Positions 1-11,740 of a DNA stretch of 64,000 nucleotides are shown one piece after another. Position numbers and translations under genes: made by a program. Numbering within the stretch: position 1 is the stretch's first letter; every line of letters starts with the position of its first letter. The notes beneath the pieces are model-generated. The model saw only the letters and a list, made by a program, of their open reading frames with translations. It did no database searches and had not been told where the DNA came from. The stretch lies in NCBI RefSeq assembly GCF_018977255.1, contig NW_024704743.1, positions 39,620,001 through 39,684,000 of the forward strand. The letters run 5' to 3'. Origin of the DNA: Callorhinchus milii. Its lineage: Eukaryota.

Positions 1-103
1 AATGGTTTGTTGAAAAGGCAGGTAAATAAGACTGAAAGGCTTGTTCTTTAAAAGAGCTAGGACTGACATGATGGCCTTCTTCTGTGCAGTTAATTTCTAT
101 GGT
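1..103 (+). mobile_element. CR1-type LINE 3' tail remnant
   Basis: 'taaaagagctaggactgacatgatggccttcttctgtgc..ttctatg' matches the 3' UTR/tail of the CR1 copy at 60440-60512. Confidence 0.6.
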
Positions 104-929
104 CCAATGTTAAATGAAAAAGGCAACACTATAAAAAATGGCACCCAAAAATGCATTTTTTGCTCATAGGAGACATGTTCGGCTTATACAAATTGTATGT
201 ACCACAAGGAAAATCCTGTGGAAGTAGGTGTGCACTATACAAGAAGAATAACAGAGTAATATAAAATAAACATTGAGTTTTAATACATCCAATTTAAGTT
301 CTATTGAAAACAAACGCATCAACATTCATATACATAAAAAGTAAAAAAAAAATTATAGGAAATGAACCACTATAATGAACTCCCGGGAACACTCTCCTAA
401 AATCCTTTTTACCTTACGCCTTTGCCCCATGACTTCAAAATGTCTAAAAAGCATAACTCTTTGAACATGTCTTTGGTCAACATTATCAGACTTCACCTTA
501 AGAACATAAGAATTTGCTAGATGAAAGACCAAGGTCCATCCACCATCCTGGCAGTCACTCGATATGTTGGGTCCCAAACTATATGTTGTATCCCAAGACA
601 TTATTTTCTAACAAACATAAAACCTTTTTCCCAACCTGTTTAGTGATCCATATTTTTAAGGACTTTTAGATATAAATCTATGTAAAATGTAACGTAAAGG
701 TAAATAGTTGCTATTTTCAATTTCTGTGTGATTTAGAATTTTTTTAAATGTAATTCTTTAACACAAGATCAAAGACATGTAAATCAAGATTTGTTCATTA
801 TCTGTAAGATGAAGTCTTGTCAACCTACAGGAACTCTACACTGACAAAATCTATTTCAGGATTGACAAATTTCCAAAGTAGAAATGCCACTAAGTAGATT
901 CCTACATTAATAACAAGGACAAGATTTTG

Positions 930-1030
930 CATTTCGCCCACAAAATACAGTCAATTCACTTTACCATATATTTTGTGAAGAGCTTTGAGATATCTCAACA
1001 ACATGATAATACAAGGATTATTGTTATTAA
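930..1030 (+). mobile_element. 3' fragment of tRNA-Ala SINE
   Basis: 'tttcgcccacaaaatacagtcaattcactttac...gctttgaga...caaggattatt' matches the 3' third of the full SINE at 19485-19806. Confidence 0.8.
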
Positions 1031-1339
1031 GATTGATCATTTGATTTTGTTATTTTAAAATATTTCAAGTCTATTACTCCTAATAGCCAAATAAATTATT
1101 TTTATCGATGCACAGCATGCAAATCTTTAAATGCAGAGTACCATCTGTCAATTAAATTAAAATCTCATGTACCAGATGAGTTTTCATCATTTAATCCTCT
1201 GGAATCATTCAGGAGAAATTCCACCGGAGTTTTGATTTATTCTATATTCTTACTATTTTAAAGCATGTAGAGTTTAACAAATTCTTCTATGTCATCTTAA
1301 TTTTGAAGCAGTGGAGTTTTTAATTAATTGGATTTTATG

Positions 1340-1430
1340 TATGGTGGAGCTGGGGAAACCAGCAAGGAGGGCATTGGAATAGTCCAGCCGGGAAGTGACG
1401 AAGGTGTGGACGAAGGTTTCGGCTGCATTG
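1340..1430 (-). mobile_element. L2 LINE ORF2 C-terminal fragment
   Basis: Reverse strand translates [28 protein letters not shown], the same motif as the other L2 copies. Confidence 0.85.
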
Positions 1431-1572
1431 GTTTAATTAAAATAACAAATAATTTGTGGTTGATATACCAAATGTTGATAGCATGCTAACTTTGGAAACA
1501 CTTACAACATAAATTTGGTATCTTATTTTAGTCTATCAACTTTTGTTCTATGTATTGATGTGTTAATATCTA

Positions 1573-1880
1573 ATTAATAATCCTTGCATTTCATATAGCG
1601 CTTTTCACGTCAGGAGGACGTCCCAAAGCGCTTCACAGAACACACTGTAAAGTGAATTGACTGTATATTTGTGGGCGAACGCGGCAGCCAATTGAGCACA
1701 GCAATGTCCCACAAGCAGTCGTAGATTGAAAATGACCAATTTATTATTGTTTTCGGTTTTGGAGGGATTATTATTAGGCGTGTGGAGTAAGGAAACTTGC
1801 CCAAGGTTTCGCCCTGCCTGGGACTGAACTCAGGTCTCTCGCTTGCAAAGCGAGTGCTCTAACCACTGAGCTACAGGACT
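1573..1880 (-). mobile_element. Full-length tRNA-Ala-derived SINE, short subfamily, L2-type tail
   Basis: Reverse complement begins AGTCCTGTAGCTCAGTGGTTAGAGCACTCGCTTTGCAAGCGAG (A-box, TGC anticodon loop) and ends GGGACGTCCTCCTGACGTGAAAAGCGCTATATGAAATGCAAGGATTATT. Near-identical to 19485-19806. Confidence 0.95.
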
Positions 1881-2039
1881 TGTACGAACAATTGTAAGGA
1901 GTCATTGTTAAGACATCAGAAATGCACTTGTCAAGGATAAAAAGCAGACTGGCAGATTTGAAGATTTATCCTAATGTGAGCTCAATGGTGAATGCTTAGG
2001 GATGTGACTTGGAGGAATGTGCTATGCTTTCTTTTAGTA

Positions 2040-2390
2040 AGCCAGCTTTCTGACACATGCAGAAACCCATCATCATGTTTAAAAGTATCAAAAGCAAACT
2101 GAGAATTCCACATTTACACGCAAATTTCCCTTTGTCTGGAAAAGAGTGCACACCCTCTCCCCTCTCCTGTTTATCTATTCCAGAAAATATTAGACAAAGC
2201 TTGGCAAGAGGTAAGGCTTGGGGACAAGGCTTTGACACCCTGGAGTCCTGATACCGTTGGAGTTTTACCAACTAAAGCTGTATAACTTGCCATTGTGGAA
2301 AACTGTCCAGCAAACTTTCCACAACTTGCCCATCTGGGACCACCCTATCCATTAAGGCGTTGGCTCTCAAGGTTAACAAGAGTTGATTAC
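2040..2390 (+). repeat. Unclassified dispersed repeat (family X), uninterrupted copy
   Basis: Colinear similarity with 13985-14200 plus 14990-15130, 48800-49115 and 51390-51630 (minus): 'cacatgc.gaaacccatc...caaact.agaattcca', 'taccgttggag', 'caccctatccatt...ttggct..ca.ggttaaca.gag'. Confidence 0.75.
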
Positions 2391-3429
2391 ATTGAATTGC
2401 TGCATTTGCTATTGGTCACATGCCACTTCAATGGCTCTAGAAGCTCAAGGACCATAATTTACTATAATGTGTTTGCTCATCTTTATCCTTAATTATTCTT
2501 ATAATCTTTAACTCATTCCAAACCAGGTCTCCAACGAAGGTGTTACCTGATATAATGACTGACACTGCCTTCTGCACTCAAACAATGTACTAAAGGGGTT
2601 ATTAGTGTGCATGAAGCTGTACTCAGCATAAATTACTGGACCAAAGGAAAGAAGAAAGGGACAACATTGGGGGAAATAAACATCTTACAACCGAAGCCAG
2701 GAAACAGACATTAAGGTTATTCCAGGTATCAAGCTCCTGTTCAGATTCACTGCTTGGAGCATTTTACCAGTAGCACTGAGTGTATTGCGAAATTTCCTGA
2801 CATTAAGCAGAGCACACTATAGCACCTTCCCTGGTATTAGCAGGGAATAATTCATTGGTAATTAGCACTTCAAATCCTGTTTTTATTCTTGTGAGTATCA
2901 TACCACATCTGCTGGCTGTGTCTAAAGTAACAGTGGCAGTGACATTGAGAAGATTAAAAATTAATTTGATGTTTGTTGTTCCTCAGGGATGGAGATTTCT
3001 TAGTTTGCTTGTTGTCTTGTCAGCAAGAAACCTGTGGCCTTTGTTAGTTTTGGAATGCTTTCTGTGACAGCTGAAGTTTATGTACTGCATCACTGAATAA
3101 GAGTGGGCATATAGGAAAAATAACGGAGCAGATTAACTGTTATATTCTTATTAATTGGTCAATAAAGCAGCAACTGTGCAGGAAGCAATGATGTGCTGCA
3201 ATGCATTTAAACAGTGGTATCTACAATAGTATAGTGTGCTGCATGAATAACAATAGGATAACATGCCTTACTATACACAGATATTAAAGCTAATGACACC
3301 TTGCCCAAAGTGTTTTACAATACACACCTACTACTGCATCATGTCTGCAAATACATCAGTAATGGGTTAGATATTCAGTATGACCTTGCTACCTTCCAGT
3401 TTTTAAAAATCTACTAAAGATCTGTCTTT

Positions 3430-3531
3430 TCAGCTGGTGTCAGTTGGTAGATTCCGAGTCAGAAGGGATTTTTAACTCTCATTCTCGGCTAACACTCCAA
3501 TACAGTGTTGGGGAGCCTTCATTGTTGGAGG
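3430..3531 (+). mobile_element. DeuSINE-like 5' fragment
   Basis: 'tcagttggtag..gagtcagaagg..ggctaacactccaatacagtgttggggag..attgttggagg' matches the 5' half of 40030-40452. Confidence 0.65.
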
Positions 3532-3850
3532 TTAATAATAATAATAATCCTTGCATTTGATATAGTGCTTTTTAAGTCTTCTCGACGTCTCAAAGCGCTT
3601 CACAGAATAGACTGTAAAGTTAATTGACCGTATATTTGTGGGTGAAACGCGGCAGCCAATTGCGCACAGCAGTGTCCCACAAACAGTCGTGGATTAAAAA
3701 TGACCAATTTATTATTGTTTTCTGTTTTGGAGGCATTATTATTAGGCGTGTAGTGTAAGGAAACTTGCCCAAGGTTTCGCCCTACCTGGAATTGAACCCA
3801 GGTGTCTCGCTTGCAAGGCGAGAGTTCTACCACTGAGCTACAGGTCTCCA
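3532..3850 (-). mobile_element. Full-length tRNA-Ala SINE, short subfamily
   Basis: Same head (CTGTAGCTCAGTGGTAGA..CTCGCCTTGCAAGCGAG), body and (ATT)n tail as 1573-1880. Confidence 0.95.
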
Positions 3851-4090
3851 GATCCACATCCACTACTGCTAAAGCAGGAATAGTTGGAATAAGACTATTT
3901 TTATAGGAATTTTATACAAAAGTGGTGTGGCCAACCTTTAGGCATATGAGACTTCCATTATTTGGAGCGAAAGACCAAAGGTTTTCAGTGCAGTGCCAGT
4001 TCTCAAATCAATGTGTTTTCACTCACAAAATACGATCAATCTATTGTATATCCTGTGAAGAACTTTTGAGTTGTCTCGATTACTTGAAAG

Positions 4091-4226
4091 ACCAGAGCTG
4101 CTGGGGTCAGGCTGTTGGGAGACCAGAGCTGCTGGGGTCAGGCTGTTGGGAGACCAGAGCCTCTGGGGTCAGGCTGTTGGGAGACCAGAGCCTCTGGGGT
4201 CAGGCTGTTGGGAGACCAGGCTGTTG
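4091..4226. repeat. 31-bp minisatellite, about 4.4 units
   Basis: Unit accagagc(tg/ct)ctggggtcaggctgttgggag at 4091, 4122, 4153 and 4184, plus a partial unit; no spacers. Confidence 0.97.
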
Positions 4227-4254
4227 TAAGGAATTATGCCATACACTTAGACAC

Positions 4255-4346
4255 AATGCACCAATTTTACATTTATTGAGCAACTTTCATGTCTGGAGGG
4301 CGTCTTAAAGCATTTCAGTCAACTGGGGCCTGAGCTGGGGAATGGG
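4255..4346 (-). mobile_element. L2 3' tail remnant
   Basis: Reverse strand 'cccagctcaggcccc..gacgccctccagacatgaaagttgctcaataaatgtaaaattgg' resembles the L2 terminus. Confidence 0.6.
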
Positions 4347-4699
4347 AACATTTTTTTAGAGAAAGGTTGTAATAGGGTTAAGATCAATTCACAAGGAAGC
4401 CCAGTGCATTGCTGGGCTGTGCAAACACTTTGAGAAAGTAATTAGCTACACATGGGGGAAATGTTAACAGTACATTTGAATGATTCGTAGAAGAGGAGAT
4501 GGGAAAAGGTAAATTATCTAAAACACTGAGTATATAAATTGAAATGTAATAATTATTGATTCACTAGGGAGGAATTTGGCTTCTTTACATTTTTAGACCC
4601 TAAAATAGCAACACAGAGAAGAATAATTAATCAATCCTTCCTCTTTCAGATTTACATTAGACATCCCTGGGAGGCAGTTTGCAGTGTAAGTTTCTTGTA

Positions 4700-4810
4700 T
4701 ATTCTACACCCGTTAAAACCAAGGTCCTGTCTGACTGTTCAGGTGAACGTTATGGATCCCTGGCATGATTTGAAAAGTGAATTTGTGCGGTGTCCTGGCC
4801 GACAATCAGC
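4700..4810 (+). mobile_element. DeuSINE central-domain fragment
   Basis: 'cgttaaaaccaaggtcctgtctgactgttcaggtgaacgttatggatccctggca..gtgtcctggccgacaat' matches 20770-20865 and 40185-40280. Confidence 0.7.
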
Positions 4811-5355
4811 TGAGACTAACCTCGAGTAAGGAGCAGGTTGGAGAGGGATCAGCCCTAAAGTACAGGAGGAGGAATCAGGCCATGACGTTTTTGGCATTTT
4901 GGCTCCAAAATGATTAAGTCAATCGAACCTCTAGCAGAGTACTGTCCAAGAGAATGGGGCAATGTCACCCTCTGAGAAAATCCAAGCTCCCTGCAGAAGG
5001 GAAACTTGTAGATGGCAGGAGATTGGGGAGGGGGTATAAGAGATGTTCCATCGCTTGGATATGAGAAGCAGGTAGAATAGGTGTCTGACTTTACTGTGGG
5101 TGCCCTCGTCATACAGTTTATCTGCTTTGTTGATGTTGAGCCTAATAAAGTCGACTTGTTTTGATAACAAATATGTCTGGTGTCGACTATATCTTCCTTG
5201 ACATGCCACAGTATTTTGACATTTGAAACTGTGTTGTGTCTTAGAAGAAGAAAATACCAGGTAAATTGCTTGGATCAAATTTCTGAATTACTAATCCCAA
5301 AACCTTCGGAAACCTAGAAGAAGGCTGCCTAAAAATAAATTCAGATGCATCTGTC

Positions 5356-5955
5356 CATGTCCTTCTTAAATATCTCTCTTGAGTCTGAATCAGTCATATA
5401 TGTGGTATGAATGGGGCTGAAGCATCACAAATCACCTTGGAGCACAGCATCAACCCAGATACAGATTAGATTTGGTGCATACCATTGAAATCAGATTGCT
5501 TTTCAATTATTGTAAATAGAATATCACATGGTTGTTTATTAAGGAACGTTGGAAAAACAGTGAATTCAAAATTCTTGGGCTGTCTAATGCATATTCTGAA
5601 AGTTTTGAGAAGAACATGCCCAGTGTAATTTGCCACAGCCATGATTATACTGCACACTGGTGAATAATGTTGCTCCTGACGCCTTTTCCTCCAGGTTCTT
5701 TACAGATTCTCATATTTGCAGGCGTATTGGCAATTACCAGTCTTATTGGCAGTTACCAGGATAGGTGGTTTCACTTTGATTACCAGAGTTCAGTTGAGGT
5801 AACATTTTGAGTTCCTCCTTGCACTGGCTTTTTACTGCAACAGGTACTTTTCTGGGTTGATAATGTGCTCCTGGGTGATTTGTGATGCTTCAGCCCCATT
5901 CATACCATACGTAAGACTGCATTCAGACTCAATTGAGATATTTAAGGCGGACATG
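5356..5955. repeat. Long inverted repeat: arms 5356-5459 and 5851-5955, spacer about 390 bp
   Basis: The arms are reverse complements over about 105 bp, including a perfect 34-bp core (tggtatgaatggggctgaagcatcacaaatcacc). Confidence 0.93.
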
Positions 5956-6414
5956 AAGTGATACATGGGAAGCTAGGTTTTGAAGGGATACAGAGAAAAG
6001 GAAAGACAGTTGCTTTAAACAATAAAAACCTGCAAAGGATATTGATATGACTCCAGAACATGATATATAATGCACATCTGCCTATTGGTTACATTTACCA
6101 AGCTGGCATCACATTATTCTGCACTATTTATAAATCTACACTGCCAAAGTTAGTAAATCTACTGACAAGTGTAGAAATGTCCCTATGGTAATAATATTAA
6201 TAATTCAGTGATGAAACAAGTGGTGTAGTAGCTTGAAGTGTAGGACATAGGTTTCTGTTTCCGAATTCTGGAACACTATCAATGAGAAAGGAGGTAAAGA
6301 TGAGGCACGACCCAAAAGCAGAGACGAAAATTTGGAATGAAGATCAACCCAAGCCATTTTTGTGCACTTTTCAAACATTATGTGAAAATGGATCTCAGTA
6401 GTTGGCACACAATG

Positions 6415-6700
6415 AACAACAAACAATAAATTGCATTTATATAGTGCTGGGAGAACATTCCAAGTGCTGGATGGTCGAGGGTTTGCACCCAAGCAGAGGG
6501 ATGGGATGTGGGAGCGGTGGAGGTGTTTAGGAAGGTGAGGTGGGAAGATGACTGAATGCATGGTAAAAGAGACTTGAGACTGACAAGGTGATGAGGAAAG
6601 GGATGAAGCGCAGGGACTCTGAGATGGAGTTCTAGAGAGATGTCGGGGTAGAAAGCCTGAAAGCCAACCGCTCATGGTGGGGCAAACCACCAAATTCTGG
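6415..6700 (-). mobile_element. Degenerate L2 3' fragment
   Basis: (TTG)n tail and 'gcactatataaatgcaa' on the minus strand, then decayed ORF2 C-terminus (PTM.G..F). Confidence 0.75.
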
Positions 6701-7489
6701 GGTGGGATGGGAAGATGCAAATTTACCAACAAATGATATGTTTGTGAGTAAAATGAAACCAACTCTGTACTTCATGAGATAAATAAATATCACTTTATAG
6801 GATCAGGGCTAGTTATTCATTATCAGGAGAAATTGTTTACCATATAGACACACATTTAGGTGCAAGGACACATCGGGATTGTATTCTATCTTAGTCAAGT
6901 GGTAGGCTTTGATCACTAGTGGATGCAATGCACTTACTGGATAATATGTTTGCTAATATCAAAATAGGTCAGAGAAACCCAAGTCATTAAATATTCTTCT
7001 GAAGCCTTTAGCCTTACACTAGGCTTTTTATAACTGCGGAGCAATGATTTATAAAAGCGTATTTATTTATAAAATAATTTGCTATTCATAAATATGTCTG
7101 GAATCAATGTAATTTATTTTTTATATTATAAACATCTTATTTACATCAATAATACACCTACAGTGGAGTATGTAGGTTAATTTTCTGAAAGCTACAATTG
7201 AGTTTGACTCCAGCTGTTTCAATGATCCTGACAAATAATGAATCCTTGGTGTTTCATTTCTATACAAGGTCACTGCCATTAATCTGGGGTTGCAAAGTGT
7301 TTTTAAATATTTACAGTGGTTCACTTGATTATGTACCCAGCAACCTCAATCAACTGAAGAAGGCATAGGAGGGGGGAACATACTGCCTGTGTAATGGGAA
7401 TGTAAGTGTCTTATTGAGCTACAATATAGGAAGCAACATGAGTATCTCAGGTAAACTCAATAGGCTGCAAATTGCCATGTGTGGTGTGA

Positions 7490-7702
7490 TAATATGGGAT
7501 GTAGAATGTGAAGTGGAACACCAAGTAATGTGGTAGAGAGAGAGTCAATTGTGGGTTTCAAGAGGGAAATAGATAGGTATGTGAAAAAAAAGGTGTGAAG
7601 CGGAATAAGGATAGGGTGAGCAATGGGAATGAACAAATACCTTCTGAGAACAAAGTCAATGAACCAAGTGACCTGCTGCTCTGTAAATTTCTGTGATTCT
7701 AT
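7490..7702 (+). mobile_element. CR1-type LINE 3' fragment
   Basis: 'gtggtagag..ttcaagagggaaatagataggtat' followed by a tail ending 'gtaaatttctgtgattctat', like 60330-60512. Confidence 0.7.
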
Positions 7703-8269
7703 AAAGGAGAGACTTCTTCCTTGACTTTGGCTCAATGTCCGGAATTGAAGCCACCACTGAAGTTGCTGTCTGCTCAGCACAACATTTTAGTACCGGTCCC
7801 CATCTGAACTCAAGTTGAAAACTCAATGGTAAATGGACTCAAAGGCCATGATCCCCACCTGGAATATTTAATTTGGGAAACAGCAGAACTTTAATCGATA
7901 ATTAACAACTGGTTTCAGCTACTAACACTCTGCCACTTTAATGCAATAATTTTCAAAACATTTTGTCTGCCATCTTTGATGAGAGATGGTTGACACAACT
8001 TACTAAAAAAATCAAGCATCCAAATAAAGACTGGTGCACAATCCAATCCACAGCACAAAATATGTCATTTATTAACCGACCACAAATCAGAACAAATAAT
8101 GTACTGATTAAATCATTCAACAAGAAAATATCTGATACCAGTATTCAGTGAAAACATTTATCATGCTATTATTTGGGCAACAAACAAGAAAAATGCTACA
8201 GTATTGCACATGCTGGAGAAGAGACTGTTTTGCAGTCAAACTAGACACTATCTTTAATAATACTGGACC

Positions 8270-8392
8270 ATGTGGAACGTCAAGTGAAACACCATGTAAA
8301 GTGGTAGAGAAAGAGTCAGTTGTAGTTTTCATTAGGGAAGTAGACAAGTACATGAAAGAAAGAGTTGGGAAAGGGAATAAAGTTACGTGGAG
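8270..8392 (+). mobile_element. CR1-type LINE fragment
   Basis: Similar to 7500-7620 (gtggaac..gtggtagagaaagagtcagttg..agggaagtagacaagta). Confidence 0.65.
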
Positions 8393-8395
8393 TTT

Positions 8396-8710
8396 GTTTC
8401 CTGGGCAGGGCGAAACGTTGGCCAAGTTTGCTTACTCCATGCGCTTCTGTTACTTAGCAATAAATCAGAACCCAGTTGTTAATCGCTTGGTGGGTTGCTT
8501 TTCCGGGGTAATAATCCCTTCAAAAAACATTAATAATAACACTTTGGTCACTCAATCCACGACAGTTTGTATGACACTGCTGTGCACAATTGGCTGCCGC
8601 GTTTCGCCCAAAAATTTATAGTCAATTCAATTTACAGTATATTCTGTGAAACGCTTTGAGATGTCTCAACAATGTGATCAGGCTTTATATCAAATGCAAG
8701 GATTATTAGT
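8396..8710 (+). mobile_element. tRNA-Ala SINE, long subfamily, head truncated
   Basis: Begins in the T-arm (cctgggcagggcgaaac), carries the 'ctgttacttagcaataaatcagaacccagttgtt' block and ends with the SINE tail. Confidence 0.9.
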
Positions 8711-8719
8711 ATCTCATGA

Positions 8720-8885
8720 GTCAAACAGGCCCAGAGTACTCCAAGACACTGCTGAAGCGCCAGCTAGCCTTGCTTGTTGGCAGGATTTGGGGAAAGAGAC
8801 CAGTCAGACTACACTGAGTATAAGCTAGATAAACTCCAACGGTTCGCCAATAGAGTCTGGGATACCCAAGCCAATGGAAGCCAAT
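8720..8885 (-). repeat. Family X dispersed repeat fragment
   Basis: Reverse strand 'ggcttggg..accgttggagttt..tgactggtct..tcctgccaa..cagtgtcttggagtact' matches 14990-15210. Confidence 0.6.
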
Positions 8886-9127
8886 GTGGAAGCTCTCCCC
8901 AAACGTTGTCTGCACACAAATATCAGCTTGTTTGGCTGGCTCAGTTGGTATCGCTTCTCTCTGAGCCAGAAAGTTGATTCGAATTATAATTCTTACATTT
9001 GACTTTGTGCCTTTCATGACAGGATAACATCTCTTGCTTCATAGGATATGTTATACAGTGTGGTGGTGACTGCGTACCACTGTGGGAGCTGATAGCACAC
9101 ACCACTCGGGGAAATTCCCTTCTCTTT

Positions 9128-9699
9128 TAGTCGCCTCCAAGCTCGACTATGCAAATGTCCTGCTTGTCGGCCTTCCCAACTCCTCCCTCCACAGGCTGCA
9201 GAAAATCCAGAACTCTGCAGCCCGTGTCCTCTCCCGCACCAAACTGTGTGACTCCATCTCCCCCACTATCGCCCGACTCCATTGGCTCCCTATCCTTCAG
9301 AGGATCCAGTTCAAGATCCTGGTCCTCACATAAAAAGCCCTCCATGGCCTCGCCCCACCGTACCTCTGCGACCTCCCAACCAACCCGCTCCCTCCGCTCA
9401 GCCGGCTCTGGCCTGCTCCACTTCCCCTGAGCCACCCGCCCACCATTGGCGGGAGAACCTTCAGCCACTCTGCCCCCAGCCTCTGGAATTCCATCCCCCA
9501 ATCACTCCGCCTCGCCCCCTCCTTAGCCTCCTTCAAGTCCCACCTCAAAGCCCTCCTCTTCGACCATGCCATCGGCCACCTCCATTCCCCTCCCCTCTCT
9601 TCTCCCTCCCTGACCCCAGCTCAGGTCTGAAGTGCTGTACACTGTCCAGCGCCTTGGGACGTCCTCCCGACGTGAAAGGCGATGTAGAATTGTTGTGGT
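9128..9699 (+). mobile_element. 5'-truncated L2 (tail family A), nested in a minus-strand DeuSINE
   Basis: Translates SKLDYANVLLVGLPNSSLHRLQKIQNSAARVL..LHWLP..RIQFKILVLT then a stop; ends GGGACGTCCTCCCGACGTGAAAGGCG. Confidence 0.95.
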
Positions 9700-9835
9700 T
9701 GAATAGTGCAGTGGGATTTTTAGTGTCTACCACTGTTTAATATCTCATCCGGACAGCACCTGCAGCAGTGCAGCTCACCCCCAGCTCTGCATTGTAGTGT
9801 CATCTTAGACTATATTAGTTTCAAGTCCCACATGT
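9700..9835 (-). mobile_element. DeuSINE fragment (continues at about 9100-9127 on the other side of the L2)
   Basis: 'aatagtgcagtgggattttt..tttaatatctcatccggacagcacc' is the reverse complement of the Deu domain seen at 40160-40240. Confidence 0.7.
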
Positions 9836-10735
9836 CAACATATTACTATCTTAAGGAATTCTAGAGATTTTATGGTGAAAATGGAAAGATTGAGATAGCT
9901 GATTTGATATCGGAGTTAATTAGGTTTTGCAATGGTTTAAAAAAAGATTAAATGAGAATCTGAACCTGATCTCTTAACTGCTATTGTTTTTAGACAACAC
10001 TTTTTCTGGTCACATAAAGATGACCAATTAATACCTTTCTTCTAGACAAAGCTTTTCAGAGTGCATAAAATCCATGACTATAAATGTATCACTTGCTGAG
10101 AGAAATGCTTCCCAGTCAGCAAAAAACGATAGGGGGCAGCATAGACACATTATTTACATACTGTGTGAGAATATGGCAGATATGAAGTAACTTTTGAGTA
10201 CAACGTTTACAGTTGTTTCTGTTTTCTTCGACATACGCAAATTAGATTTTAATATATGTATAGCTGCTTCTTTTGTTTTTATTGAACAATTTGCGTGCAG
10301 TTTAGGAAGAGCTTTTTGAATCAAGTGATCTTAAATTTGAGACATTGCCAGTGGTATGGCAGGAGCTAGGATAAGAATTGCTGAAGACAAAACTAAATTT
10401 AATTGCTTCATTAACATGCTTTAATAATAAAGATAAAATCATAAACATGCAGCAGTCTAAAGTCTTTAATATATTTTCTAAAGCATAAATATTTTACAGA
10501 ATTATTTAAAAAAATTAATCACTTTAATTTTGCAAATGTAATCCATGAATCTTTTATCTATAATAATTGAAATTGATTATTCAAATATGAATCTTTCATG
10601 CTGGATCTCATTTGTCTTGGACTCAGCCACATGGGATGTCCTGGAGAAGCAAAGTTAAAGCAGCATTAATATTATTTAAAGAAAAAAAAACTTTGGGAGT
10701 TTACGAAGAGATACATATTCATTTCTCAACAAGAC

Positions 10736-10771
10736 ATCCTTCTCGGCCATTTAACTAAGATCAGGTTTAGT
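10736..10771 (+). pseudogene. RNU2: U2 snRNA 5'-end retro-fragment (about nt 1-37)
   Basis: ATC-CTTCTCGGCCATTTAACTAAGATCAGGTTTAGT versus canonical U2 ATCGCTTCTCGGCCTTTTGGCTAAGATCAAGTGTAGT: 5 substitutions and 1 deletion, starting at U2 nt 1. Similarity stops after that. Confidence 0.75.
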
Positions 10772-11039
10772 GCAACAGAGTGTGATGCAATCCTAATTCT
10801 TTGAAAAACTGTTCCAACTTTGGAACTCACGTTTAATGTCACGAATGGTTTTGTACTCTTTTTTTAGACGTGTACTCTACTTTCTGAAACATTGCAAAGC
10901 CTGTACATCAGTTGCATATTAATAGAGTGATGTGTGCAAAAATATTATGTAAAAAGAAGACATAAATTGGAAGGATCTTCATACAGGAGGGATTATTAAC
11001 TGGAACAATAAGTAACATCCGACAGGGTTGGTTTCATTT

Positions 11040-11740
11040 TCAGGCGCTGGCAGCATCAGACTCCATGGCTACACACTCAACCTCACTAAGCCAGTCAGGA
11101 ACCTGGGTGTCTTGTTTGACCCTGAACTGTCCTTTCTCCCCACATCCGCGCCATGACCGGCACTGCCTACCACCACCTCCGCAACATCGCCAGACTCTGC
11201 CACTGTCTCACCCCTCAGGCTGCCGAAACCCTCACCCACGCATTCGTCACATCAAGGCTCGATTATGGAAATTCCCTCCTCATCATCCTTCCCAACTCTT
11301 CCCTTCACAATCTGAAGATCATCCAAAACTCTGCAGCTCGTGTTCTCTCGGCACCAGGCTTCGTGACCCCATCACTCGCACCCTCGCCCGACTCCACTGG
11401 CTCCCCATCCCCCAGAGGAACAAGTTCAAGTCTGCTCCATGTCTCCCGCCCGACCCGCCCTACCATCGGTAGCCGGGCTTTCAGCCTCTCTGACCCCACA
11501 CTCTGGAACTCCATCCTCCATCCCTTTGCCTCGCTTCCTCCATTGCCTCCTTTAAGGCCATTCTCAAGCCCCTTCTCTTCGACCGTGCCTTTGGTCCTCC
11601 TCCCACGTCTTTGCCTTCCCTCACCCCTACACCACCCCTCCCCCATGCTCGGGCCCTGACACCTGACTGTTCAGCACTTTGGGACATCCTCCTGACGTGA
11701 AAGGCAATCTATAGATGTAATTTTGTCGTCGTTGTTGTTT
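11040..11740 (+). mobile_element. 5'-truncated, internally deleted L2 (family A)
   Basis: ORF 11153: [39 protein letters not shown]2 stem-loop and (TTG)n tail. Confidence 0.95.

Noticed and set aside
4091..4226. 31-bp repeats as a CRISPR array
   Set aside because: Units are directly adjacent with no unique spacers, there are no cas genes, and the context is vertebrate.
5245..5266. 16-nt plus-strand micro-exon (ttag|AAGAAGAAAATACCAG|gtaaat)
   Set aside because: Weak polypyrimidine tract, length not a multiple of 3, and no supporting neighbouring exons.
6205..6762. 185-aa ORF and other Pro/Ser-rich ORFs (9282, 16391, 28437, 34304)
   Set aside because: They are off-frame readings of C-rich L2 sequence.
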